Shown here piece by piece: positions 32,691-50,800 of a stretch of DNA of 64,000 nt; position 1 is the first letter of the stretch; each line of letters opens with the position of its first letter. Made by a program: the position numbers and the translations under genes. Location of the stretch: assembly GCF_018350175.1 (NCBI RefSeq), contig NC_058380.1, positions 91,698,001 to 91,762,000 on the forward strand, given 5' to 3'. The notes beneath the pieces are model-generated. The model saw nothing but the letters and a program-made list of their open reading frames with translations. It had not been told where the DNA came from and searched no databases. Origin of the DNA: Felis catus. Taxonomy: Eukaryota.

Positions 32691-33490
32691 GTAAGGGACG
32701 ATCATTTATTCATCAACAACCGTTCTGATTAGCGTGGCTGGGTGCTGCCGGGCACAGGGCATTTACCACCGTGTGACCTCGGTCTTACCAGATCCTGTCT
32801 CCTCATCACTAAGATGTGGTCACAACAGCCCGGAGAGGCCACCGTGAACTCACGGAAGGCCTGCGCCAAGATGGCACCCGTGCTCACGGGGAGCCACAGA
32901 GACAGCTGTGCTCGGCTGTCCCCTCATCCACACATCCACTTGCCACAGCTCGTCCCCCCTCAGCCCTGCACTGGGAGGAGAGGAGGGGGTCCTGGAGGGG
33001 GGCTCCCGGCTCCAAGCCTGAACCCTCAGAGCCTGTGGCTGCAGGGCGGGTGCCATGGGACCTGGTCTTACAAGGGGTCTGGGAAACTTCACGTGACTTC
33101 AAACGGCAGATCACGAGGGGACACTGATGTCAGCTGGCCCTGGGGGACCTGGTGCTAACTCCTTGCGCAAGGGCTCATCAAAGAGCTTCCTCCCAGATGT
33201 CCTTGGACACAGGAGGGGTGGAGAGGAGCAATCAGGCCATAAATGGGGGCAGCAGCCCAGGGGCCCCCTTATCAGAGCACAAAGGGCTGAGTGTGCACGC
33301 CACCCCCCACCCCCCGGGGCCCCCAGATGTGGAGCCAGGGGAGGGACAGCCAGTAGGGGCCCTGCGGCTACCAGGGCCGCCTCCAGCTCTCTGTCACCCA
33401 CACCCTCCGGCCAGGGGTCCCCAGGGGTGACCGGGAAGCAGACAGATCAAGACACACACACATCTGAGGAAGAGCAGGGGTGATAACGTT

Positions 33491-33496
33491 TTTAAT
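33491..33496 (-). terminator. PHPT1 polyadenylation signal ATTAAA
   Basis: tttaat on + strand, ~110 nt past the stop. Confidence 0.7.
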
Positions 33497-33604
33497 TCCT
33501 GCAGGTGAGGTAAACCTGGGCGCTCGGCCCGGCTGCTGTTGGTCTCCAAGGCCTGGCCCGGGGTGCATAGCGCCAGGGGGTATAGTGGGTCGCTCGGGCA
33601 GGCC

Positions 33605-34839
<1,235 letters not shown>

Positions 34840-35224
34840 GTTTCCCACAGCCCGCCCGCCCCGGCAGCCCGCGGCCCTTCCCGCAGCGACCCTGGGTCGA
34901 GTCGACCGTGCGGGAGGCGGGCCCTGGGGGCCCGGGCCCAATCCCGCGGGGCCTTGCTGCCCGGGCCCGGAGCTTCAGCCAATCGTGTCGCCGACCCACA
35001 ACAGAGACTGGCCAATGGCAACCTAGCTCCTTGCCACTCTGAGGCCACGCCGGTCCCGCTTAAAGGGGAACAGGGACCCGGGAGTGGGCGGTGATTAAAT
35101 CAAGCTAACTTAGCAGTTCTTTTTTAGTGGGGACTGGGAGGCGGAGTGGGTAGCGGGAACAGTGGCAGGCTCCTTTAGAGGGGCTGGACGGCTCATGAGG
35201 CCCAAGCGACAAGCGCCCGTCCCG

Positions 35225-35637
35225 ACCCCTCCCCCACCGCGTCCCAAGACCTCCCCCTCCGTCTTCCCAACGCGCGTTCCAAGGCCTCCCTCTCCCTCCC
35301 AAGGCGTCCCAAGGCCTCCCTCCCTGTCCCCCACCGCGTCCCAAGGCCTCCTTCTCCCTCCCAAGGCGTCCCAAGGCCTCCCTCCCTGTCCCCCACCGCG
35401 TCCCAAGGCCTCCCTCTCCCTCCTCCCACCTCGTCCCAAGGCCTCCCTCCCTGTCCCCCACCGCGTCCCAAGGTCTCCCTCTCCCTCCCAAGGCGTCCCA
35501 AGGCCTCCCTCTCCCTCCCAAGGCGTCCCAAGGCCTCCCTCCCTGTCCCCCACCGCGTCCCAAGGCCTCCCTCCCTGTCCCCCACCACATCCCAAGGCCT
35601 CCCCTCCCTCCCAAGGCGTCCCAAGGCCTCAAGGCCC
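35225..35637. repeat. Pyrimidine-rich minisatellite with ~30-32-bp variant units built on cccaaggc
   Basis: Interleaved units cccaaggcctccctccctgtcccccaccgcgt and cccaaggcctccctctccctcccaaggcgt. Confidence 0.95.
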
Positions 35638-37384
35638 TCTTCCCTTCCCTCCCGCGCCTGCCCAGCTCAGCGTGGTCAAGGGCCTTTCTCCCAGTCCCAC
35701 CAGTACCACCAGTCCCACCCACGGACCGCCCCCGCCCCGCCATCAAGGAGGAAGCAATGGCTACATTCGAGTTGTTTTACTTGGTTCGAAAGCATTCGCC
35801 CCCTGGAAATAATCCCAGTCCAGCCAGGATCATTCCTGGCCAGCCGGCCCTCAGGCGTGGGGCTGAAAGCTGAGGCCCTAGGGCAGGGGGCATGGCGGCT
35901 GGACTTGGGAGGCCACGAAGGCGGGTAGGGCAAGCGGGGCGCGTGGCCGATGCAAACGCGCTAGGCTGATAGGCCAAGGTTGGCGCGCAGACGTTGTGGA
36001 TGGGCTAGGGTGCATGGCACGGAAGGAGAGCCGGGAACAGAGGTGTGGGGGACGTTCACAATTCAATTGATGTCCTCTCCTGGCCCCGTTAGGGAGTGCT
36101 GGGAGCCCCAGGAGGAGCTTGCCAGGCCGGCCTAGTCCCCTCTCACTTTGTCCTTATGGAGCTAGGGCCGTGGGCCAATGAGTGTGCGCTCCCGGGAACA
36201 GAGCCCAGTCCCCTGCCTCAGGTCTCTAGGCCTCAGCACAGGGCAAGGCCAGAGCGAGCACACGCGGGATGTTCGTGTAGTCAAGCCCCCACACCTCCAG
36301 TCGTCCCCTGCCCTGGTCAACTGGCTCGCTCCGGCACCCTTTCCTTGCAGTCCAATCTTTTTGTCCTCCCTACGTTAGTGGGTACGAGCCCCTTCTGGGC
36401 ATGTGTGGTTCCTCCTGTTCATCCGCCCTCTGCATTTGCTTCCCTCCTCCCTGTGAGGTTAGGGCCTGCGCTGCCGGTTTCACTCCCGCCCGCTCTGTTC
36501 TGGCACCCACCTAGGGGCCTCCTGTCCGTGTGGGCCGGCAGCCGACTCACACCCAGCCAGGACTCCTCACCTCTCAGCTCTGGGCCGGATCCTGCCAGCG
36601 CCCCCACCCACATCCTCTCACCCACCCGGCCCAGGCCCCTCTCTCTGTCTGGGTGTGTTGTGCCTTGGTTGAAGACCTCCGACTATCCCCCTCCACTGCT
36701 GCTTGTTCCAAACCCTCCTGTAGGACCCATGTTAGGGCGGCTGGAGGTGAGAGGACCGGAGGGCGGGTAGCGTCGCCAATGTGTGGACTCCGTCGCCACT
36801 GTGCGGGCTCAGGGTCCAGCCGTGCTCTTATCTTGCTGGGGCCCCCTCCAGCCTTGTCATCTCGGGACACGAACACACTGGGACTAATCAGGGTGTCCGC
36901 CAGAGAGGAAAGGCCTCTGAGCAGGATGCACCCTAAACCACAGAAGGCGGGTGGGGGGACCGTTGAAGCCACGGGACGAGGCTTTGGGCAACCGGGGCTC
37001 CTGGATCAGGGCGAACCAGGGTTGGGGAGGTTGCAGGGAGGCTTTGCGGACGTCAGGAAATGGACTGACCGGATCTTCGCGGTGGGGTCTGCAGTAGTGA
37101 CCCCTCCGCGTGAAGGCAGGGTCGGGCGGTCCTCAGGCCCACCCCGCCTCCCAGCGGGGAGCACCAAGCGGCTGAGGACCGACCTCCGGGGAGGCTCCAG
37201 GGCTGGCTGGGAGCTGGGAGCCGGAGGAGGGGGAATGAAAGGCGGGGCCTGTGGCGAACTCAATGGGGCGGGACCTGGGCAGAGCTTGTGGCGAACAGAA
37301 GAAAGACTAGAAGAGCACGGCCTGGCCTGAGGGGTTGGGCTGGGCTCCCGGTGGGCTGGGCGGGGTCTGGGTGGGCAGGCAAAG

Positions 37385-37958
37385 CTTGGGGGTGGGCCCT
37401 AGGTGGACTGCGCAGGCCCAGAGAGGGCTGTGTGGGGCTCCGGGTGGGCCTTGGGTGGACTGGTCGGTGTCTGAGTAGGCGGAGCAGAGCTCGGGGGTGG
37501 GCCCTAGGCGGACTGGGCGGAGCCCGGGGAGGCCCCAATGTGGAATGGGCTGGGCGGAGCCCAGGGGTGGGCGGAGCCCGGGGGGGACTGGGCGGAGCCC
37601 GGGGGGGTGTGTGTGGGCCCAATGTGGATGGGCGGGGCCTGAGCGGGCTGGGTGGAGCCGGGGGTGGGCCCAATGTGGACTGGGCGGGGCCTGAGCGGAG
37701 CCCGGGGGTGGGCCCAATGTGGACTGGGCGGGGCCTGAGCGGAGCCCGGGGGTGGGCCCAATGTGGACTGGGCGGGGCCTGAGCGGAGCCCGGGGGTGGG
37801 CCCAATGTGGACTGGGCGGGGGCCTGAGCGCGCTGGGCGGAGCCCGGAGGTGGACCCAACGTGGACTGGGCGGGGCCTGAGCGGGCTGGGTGGAGCCCGG
37901 GGGTGGGCCCAATGTGGACTGGGCGGGGTTTGAGCGGGCTGGGCGGAGGCCGGGGGTG
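37385..37958. repeat. G-rich minisatellite with 44-bp core unit, in the AJM1 3'UTR region
   Basis: Unit gggcccaatgtggactgggcggggcctgagcggagcccgggggt, perfect at 37666-37709, 37710-37753 and 37754-37797, with longer or degenerate copies on both sides. Confidence 0.95.
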
Positions 37959-37968
37959 ACCCCACCGC

Positions 37969-43055
<5,087 letters not shown>

Positions 43056-44444
43056 GGCCGTGCGGTGGGCCTGGGACCCGTGTGGCCTGCTGGCAGTTGG
43101 TTGGGCTGTGCCGAGCGCCAGCTGACAAGCGCTCCCTCGTTCTCAGGGTGCGGGCCTGGGCTCCAACCGGGGTACCCACACCCAGGGAGCAGCCTGCCGG
43201 TCCCGCCAGCCCCCACCCCGGGGGCAGCTGGTGGCTTGGCCGTGGCCTCAGAGCAGGACCCTGGAGGAGCCCCAAGCTCCGGAATTCACACCTCCGCTGA
43301 GGCCTCGCAGGAGCAGATGGGCTGCTCCCAGCCCCGCTGGGCCCTGCTCCGCTCTGCCAGGCTGGAGGTGCCAAGCTCTGAAGGTTCCTGGGGCCAGATG
43401 GGCACGGCTGAGCGGGGCCTGCAGCCCTCCTGTCCCCAGGCTGCCGGGGCTCTACAGGGCAAGGGCACACTCGTAGGCTCCCTGAGATCAGAGTCGAGGT
43501 GCGTGGAGGACTGTCACTGCCCTGGGCAGGTTTGCACGTGGGCCACTTACAAACCACATGGTGATCTCCATTCTCCAGTCCCACCAGCCCCTCCCAAACC
43601 AGATGCTGAGCTGGGGAACTGTCTAACTGCGGAGGGTTGAGTCACGGATGCCCTTGGCTCCAAAGGCCAAGACCTGCCCCGCGTAGGTCCATTAGATCCA
43701 GGGCCCTGGGCAAGTTCATTTCGTGTCAGCCTGATCCGCACATTTACTGGGCTCCACGAGGACAGGAGATCTTGTAGGCTGTGGGCTGAAGGAAGTCCCT
43801 ACCACGTCAGCTTGGTGCCTGGTCCCCAGCCCCTGCCCGCAGCCTCCAGGGTGAGAAACGGACTAGTCTAGGCACAGGAACTGGGGAAGGGGAGGCTTTC
43901 CAGACCGAAAGGGGGATGGCCTGGCTACCACCCCCGCCCCCTGCTGTGTGCCTGGTTCTCACGGCAACCGTGGGGTGGGGGGTGGGCGCTGCTGGCAGCT
44001 AGAGGGGCCGGGGTATGCAGGGAGCAGCAGGGCTAGAGGCAGAACGGTGGCTGGGACAGGACAGCGCCTTCCAGAGGCCGGCAGAGCAGATGCACGCTTG
44101 CCCTCGGCAGGCCAGAGGCCCGCGGGTGTTCCTGGGTGCAGCCGCCCAGCCCTGGCCTGGGGGGGCTGGGACCGGCGTGAAGGACAATGGCTGTATTGGC
44201 CAGCCTGCACAAGACGGGGCACACGTGGGGCCGGGCCTGCCGGGAAGTCTCCTGCAGGTCAGCTCCCTGGGCCACGTGGTGCCAGAAGGCCTCCGATGGG
44301 TTGGGGGCGGGGCGGGGGGGGGGCAGCTGCCTCTCCGGGAGAAGGGCAGGGAACTTAGGACCTGCCCACCAACCCAGGGCCACCCGGGACAGGCGGGGCG
44401 GCTCACAGGGAGAAGCACACACAGACGCAGTAAAACAGGAGAGC

Positions 44445-44450
44445 TTTATG
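44445..44450 (-). terminator. Candidate RABL6 variant poly(A) signal CATAAA
   Basis: ~450 nt past the stop, followed on the - strand by tgtttt and gtctgtgtgtgctt; no AATAAA seen nearer. Confidence 0.4.
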
Positions 44451-44898
44451 GTCAGAGTGGAGTGGTGGAGGAACACGAGAGAAACAGTGTCTGACGACCT
44501 CCCGGCCTGGCCGGCAGCGAGCCCGAGCGCAGGTGCAAAGCTGGACCCTGGGCCCGGGAAAAGGCGCCAGTGCCGCCTGGCGTCTGCCCCCCATGCCGAA
44601 AGGGGCAGGAAGCGGAGCCCGCCCGCGCGTGGGGGGCCCAGGAGAGCGAGCGCAGCGGGCCAGGGGCAAGCAGGAGCCGGCCGGTGACGAGGACGCGCCC
44701 CGCCCTGTAAACAGCCTTGCGGCCTCCTCGGCCTCAGTCCCATCCCTGAGAAGCGCTGGGGGCCGGCTCCCCGCACGGCCCAGCCCGCTGCCCGCTGCCC
44801 GCTGGCCGGCTCGGTGCAGGGCGGGCCCAGCCTCCCCAGCGAGTGTGGAGCAGGCCCGCGGCCATCCCCGCGCCGGGCCGCCGTCGGCGGAGCCAGGC

Positions 44899-47800
44899 CT
44901 AGAGCTCCTCGTAGTCCCCGCCCCCGCGGTGGTGGCCGCTCGGGGCCGCACCCCCCAGGAAGGCTTCCAGCTCGTCGGCCGCGGTCCTCTCGGTGGTGCC
45001 CCTGGGCCGCCGCCGCCGCTCCTGCCGGCCCTCCTCCTTGTCCCTGGTCTTCTTATGCTTGCTTTTCTTCCTCGCGGCCTTTTCTTCCTCCTGGGAAGGG
45101 GGGTGGCTCAGGCCGTGTGGACGCCGGGACCCCACACTGCCCAGCGGGCGCCCGGAGGTGGGAGGCAGGGCTCCTACCTCTTTGCTTTTCTTCTTTTTCT
45201 TCTTCTTCTCCTTCGAGGGAGGCTTGCCCTCCTTCTCTGCACGGAGGAGACACCGCGTGGGCCTCACAGCCTCCCCAGTGCACCCCAGGGCTGGGCGGCA
45301 CCGGCTGGAGAGCACACAGGGGCACTACCAGGCTATGCGGGTGGCCGGGGCGCTCTCTCACCGTGGGGCCGACCCACCACAACCCCCACTCCTCCGCTTT
45401 GGGGGACAAGGAACCTCCGGGACGTGTCCCAGGTGACACTGCAGGTCGGGGCCCAGGATGGCGGGCAGGGCCAGGGCCACAGGGAGCCATGGGTGCTCCA
45501 GGGGCTTACACAGCAGGCCAACTCTCCCGGCCGCCAGGTACCTCCCGGGCAAGCGCTCGGCAGGTGGCGGTGGGACCCCCAGCCCCTCAGCTACCTTCGT
45601 CACTGATCTCCTTGTGGCCCGTCTCCTCCAGTCCCAGGCCAAAGAGATCCGAGTCATTCTTCAGTCTGAAGGAGGACACGGGGGGCTTGGAGGGCGGGGG
45701 CGGCTGGGCGGGGCGGGCGTCCTCATCCGTGTCGTCAGAGAGGTCCTCTCGCACCGGGAACTCCTCCTGGAGTGGGGGGCAGGTTGGGTGGCCACCTGTC
45801 ACGTGACCCTTGTGGGATGGCTCCTGCACTTCTCGGGCAGGTGACAGCCACCTCAGGGGCCCCCACGCCCAGCCTGGACTTGGGGTGGCCAGCGGGGCCC
45901 GGGTGTGGCAGCCGGGACACCGCAGCCCTTCTGTGGTTGCTGTCATGGGATTGGGCCCCAGCACCCCGCCCTGGGGTCACATGCTGGTCTGGGGCTCTCA
46001 ACCCAGGATGTCGTCACCTGGCCCTCTCTGCTCCATCCTGCCATTCCCACCGAGACCGTCCCCTCCTCACCGCTTTCCGCTGAGTGTCTGAGTCGCTCTC
46101 GAAGTCAGGGTCGTCCATGACGAAGGACAGCATCTGGGCGGCGATGGGCCCCTCGGGGTCACTTGATGACGATGATGACGCCACCTGCTCACCCCTCTTC
46201 TCCTCGCGGCCTCCCGAGGGGTCCTGGCGGTGGGACTTGCGGACACCTGGCCGGCGGGACTCCACGGCCCTAGGTGGCCTCGAGGCCTGCGTGGATGGCC
46301 TTCGGGACAAGGGCGAGGTCAGGGGGCTCTCGGCCGCCCCCACCCCAGGGCGCATCCCCTCCACGTACCGTTTGGTCTCTGGCTCGGCGCACTTCTGGGG
46401 GGTCGCGGCAGTGGCCTTGGTGTGCCCCGCCATCCCCGCTGCTTCCTCCTCGCTGGCAGTGGTGTCTCTCCTGGGGACAGGGCCCGCGGGCGGCCTGTCT
46501 TCAAGGCCCACGTCATCCTGGAAGCCTGCCACCAGTGGGTTCCCCCCCGGGGCCTCCCCATCGCTGCAGAGGAGGGGCAGGGCGGTCAGAGGACACGAGG
46601 CGGGTACGGAGAGTCCGACTTCCCACCCTGCGCCCCGGACACCTCTGGATGTCCTCTCTGCCGGGTGTGGGCACCGGGCCGGGAGCCACTCTACCGCTGG
46701 TGCTCGGCACTTGCGTGAGGACGCGGGACACGGAGGGGACCCACCGGTGTGGCAGGAAAGTGGCACAAGCTGGCGGAAGGGGGGGCGCGAGGTGGGGGCC
46801 TGGGGGAGGGGCAGGGATACCACCACACACCGGGAAGCTGTGGGGGGTGGGGGGGCTGCTCCGTTTACGTGCAGTGTGGGTGCCCTCCTGCACGAAGGCC
46901 GGGTGAAGGGTGTGGGTGTGGAGGGGCTCGGCTGCCGGCTCAGTTCTGTTACTCTCACTCCCGGAGGGACCGGCGGGTCTGACCTGGGGTCAGTGTGGCG
47001 CGGGGGAGCCCACGCAGGACAGGCCCGGAACCCGTGACAAGGGTGAGCGGCAGGGGTGGGGTGGCCAAGCCTGAACTGCTCTCTCTCTCTCTTTCTCCCC
47101 CTGCCAGGCCCAACCTCCCAGGGAGCCCTCACAGGCTGCTCGTCCGCCAGTGCTCTCAAATGGCATCAGCCCAAGAACGTGTGGACAGGCAGGTCACGGG
47201 GCACCACAATATGCCAGGTCGGGCCACCTGTGTTACAGGCCAGCCTCGCTGCCCCTGCTCCCTCCCTGTGGCAGGGGGACGAGCCCCAGGTCCAGCCGCC
47301 AGTCAGCAACCCGATGGCTGGTCTGAGCGGGCTTCCTCCTGGAGCGTGGAAGCTTCCCTGAGCCCTTCCCTCGAGGTCCTGCTGGACCGGTGAGGCCTGT
47401 CCTCTTTGCTCACCCAGGGGTGTGGAAGGCAGAGGGGAGGCTGAGGGCCCCGACCTGCCTGGCCCCTGCTCTCACCTGTCACTATCCTGTGAGACCTTGG
47501 CTTCGACTTTCTTCTCCTCCTTCCGGGGGGCCGTGTCATCCAGGAAGCTGCGGTCAAGGCCATCTTCGGGAACAAAATCCTCCACGTTCTGGACTTTTGC
47601 CGGGGCCTCTGAGGCCGGGGCTGGCTCTGTGGACAGTACAGGCCGGTTCCTGCTTGTCCGACGCCTGCCCCCGCCGGGCCCGTCCCAGGCTGTATGTAGG
47701 TGACCGGCCACGGGGCTGCCTGGCCAGGAGGAAGGATGGGGACCCCCTCCCGGTCTCCAAGCTCACGGGGCCAGGGAGGCCGGGCGCCCCGCCACATCGC

Positions 47801-50800
47801 CCGTCACGCCCACCCCGAAGAGCTGCTCCCGGGCTTACCTGGGGATGAAGGGGCCGCCTCGGCAGCTGGCGACGTCCCGAACAGCCTCGAGATGATGCTG
47901 CGCCGCGGGGCGGGGGCTGCGGGAGGCGGTGGGGCCTCCGCGGGGGGTGGGGGGCAGGGGCAGGCCGAGGGGGGTTGGAGGGGCAGCTGTGGGGCCGGCT
48001 GGGGCGTGCTGGGGCTGGAGCTGCCCGTGGACACGGTGCTCGGAGGCACCACCGGAGACTGGGAGCCCGAGGACGGGCTCTGCCCGTTGGCGGCCAGTGG
48101 GGACGCGTGGCCACGGCTGCGTGCCTCCATCATCTCGAGGAAGCTGGGGGGGACACAGGGCAGGCAGTGAGCAACCTGCCTTCCCCTGGGGCTCTTTCTC
48201 TGAGCTGCGGGTGACAGCAGAGTCCTCACCCTCGGGCTTATCAGCCCTCCTGCCCCCCAGGCCTCAGGCAGAGCACCACAGGGAAGGTGCCGGTGGGTGC
48301 TGATAGGCAGGCGTGGTAGTCCCCTGGCTCACGCCCTGAGCTCTCCACCCGTGACGCAGGACCTGCGATGGGGAGGCCCCCAACCCCCGAGACAGGCAGC
48401 AGCCAAGACCAGGGGCTCCAAGTCCCACGGGAGGTCGGTGACGAGCCCCACCGCTCGTGGGCCACCGTGGGGAGTGCCACCAGCCCGTGGCATCGCCTTC
48501 CCCGTGGAGGCTTCCCCACAGGAGGCCTGCAGGGAAGAGCTGGCCCGTCTGCTGGCTGAGCTCCCTGGGCACCGGCGCCTCCGACTCAGGATTTCCGGGG
48601 CAGGTGAGAAAGGAGGGCAGGGCGAGGGCGGAACCCGGCCGCCCGCCTACGTCTGCGGCGGCCTAGCCCCCATGTTCCAGGAAGCGTCGCGGAGACGTCT
48701 CTGCCAGGCCCCTGGCAGTGCTGCCTGATGCCGGGGCTGGCTGTGGGGTGAGCGCGGGGACTCTCCGGCTGCCATCGCCCCAGGGGGCAGGGGGCAGGGG
48801 GCAGGGTGCAGGGGGCCGGGTGGTGCCGGGTGCCCGCGCTCTCAGCCAGAGGAGCTGACGGAAGCAGGTCAACCCCGGGACGGGCTCCACGGTGAGGGCA
48901 GTTGCTCGCCAGGGTGGGGCTCCCACCGGGACCGGCCAAGCAGCCCAAGTGTGTGAAAACTCACTCCCCCAGAACCGCTGGAGCCGGTTCCAGAACCAAC
49001 GAACGGATCTGGCTCCAGGGAGACCCTAAGGCCCTTCGGAGTTCCTGGGGGGACAGGCACCTACTGGGGTGCCGGCGCTCCCAGGACAGGAGCCCAGGCC
49101 GGGAAGCAGCGTGTCCCGCCTCAGCTCCGACGTTTACGTGCCTTCTCTGCGCACCAAACAAAACGCGAGCACCTGTCTGTTCGGGGGCAGCTCAGGTCAC
49201 ACCTGCCTGAGAGAGCGCGTGCCTCCCCGGGGAACCGTGGAGGGCGGACGGGACCCCGAGCATGCAGCGGACAGGGGCGCTCAGCACCACTCAGCCGTGC
49301 CGCTGGCAAGGCACACGCTCTGCTCTGAACCGCTCTCCCTCCGCTGCTGAGGACCGAGCTCCCCACTCCTGCCCCACAAGCCTCCCCAAGGTCAGGCCTC
49401 CGAGAGCCCTACTCTACATCGCCATCGATCTGGGAAACCGAACTCAAACCCACGGCAGCCCCAGCGAAATATATCGGGGATGGCCGGTCTCGCCAGGGGC
49501 TGAGGTGGACACTCGGCCTGGGGTAGCGGGAACCGTGGCCCAGAACGGCAACCGTGTCTGGCAAACGGACGGTCAGCTGTACCCCGGTTACCCCTGTCAG
49601 CTTGGGGCCCCCTGGGGGCCCATCAGGTCAATTAAGGCCTGGCCCCAACCTGCAGGGTGGACATGGGGAGGGGGCAGGGCCTCAGGGTGTCCGTCCCCAG
49701 GGCACGTCTGCTTCCCGAGGCGAGGTGGGCTCCACCTGACACGTAAGCTGCCTGTTCTAGAAAGCAAGGGTGTCGCTGCGCGTTAACGATAAAGAACCCC
49801 GATACAGGGAACAGGGAGGGCTGCGGGGCTGATCTCACCGCGAGGGCCGCCCTCCTCTCCCTCTCCTCGGGGGCCTGGACTCCCCCTGCCTCGCTCCAGT
49901 CTGTGCACGGCCACATCCGAGGAGGAAGCGACTCGGGTTTTTGTGAGCAACACGACCGGCCCAAGCTGCCGGGTCTACCCGGGCGGGGCTAGAGGCGTGC
50001 GTGGCGGGCCCGCCCTCGGTGCTCCCGCAGAGCCTGCCCGCAGGTCTGACCCGAGGCGGCCCCCGGGCTGACGTACATGTCGTAGTTCTGGTCCTCTGTC
50101 TCCTGCTGCACCGACAGTTCCTCCAGCGTGGCGTCCACGTCCAGCTGGTTCGTCTCCAGCTGCCGGAGCAGCGTCTCTCTCTACGGGGGAAGCAGACCCC
50201 TTCAGCCTCATGTCCTGCTCGGCCAGCCCTCGAGGAATTAAGCAGCAGCTGAGCACGGGGCATGGCGCCCAAGGTCTCGTCCGACACCCAGGCGGTTCGC
50301 GGTGGCTCCGAGGACGAGGTCATTGATGTTAGCACCCCCCCCCCCCGCCCCCGCAGACGGCGCCCCGCCCACACGCGGCCCCAGAGGTCCAGGCGGCCCC
50401 GACGTGCGAACGCGGCTGTGGGGCCGGAGCTCAGCGCCTCAGCGCCTCCGCGCATCAGCCGCACGACCTTCTGCCGCTTGCTCCAGCGACACGACACGCG
50501 GTGTGGCCCGCCAGGTACAGGGGACACCTCCGCATGGGTGTGCGGGTCGTAGCTACAGGGATCTATGACAACGATGCGGGTTCCCCGAAGGAAGGGCAGG
50601 GTGCAGTGACCGCGGACACTGCCTTGAAATGGGCCCATGCCAGCCTTCCCTCCAGCCGCAAATGGCAACCACCCTGTCTGCAGGGCCCTGGTTTCCTTCC
50701 AAAGACAGAAGGACAGGAGAGGAAAGACCACCACCTCCCCGGGCAAGCCGCCTTTCTGGACAAAGAATGGAAACCACTGTGGCTGCAGAGGGGCCGCGGG

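Noticed and set aside
35105-37965. Repetitive ORFs in the minisatellites and a superficial CRISPR-like periodicity
   Set aside because: Head-to-tail units with no unique spacers, no cas genes and a mammalian context; the ORFs are translations of the repeats.
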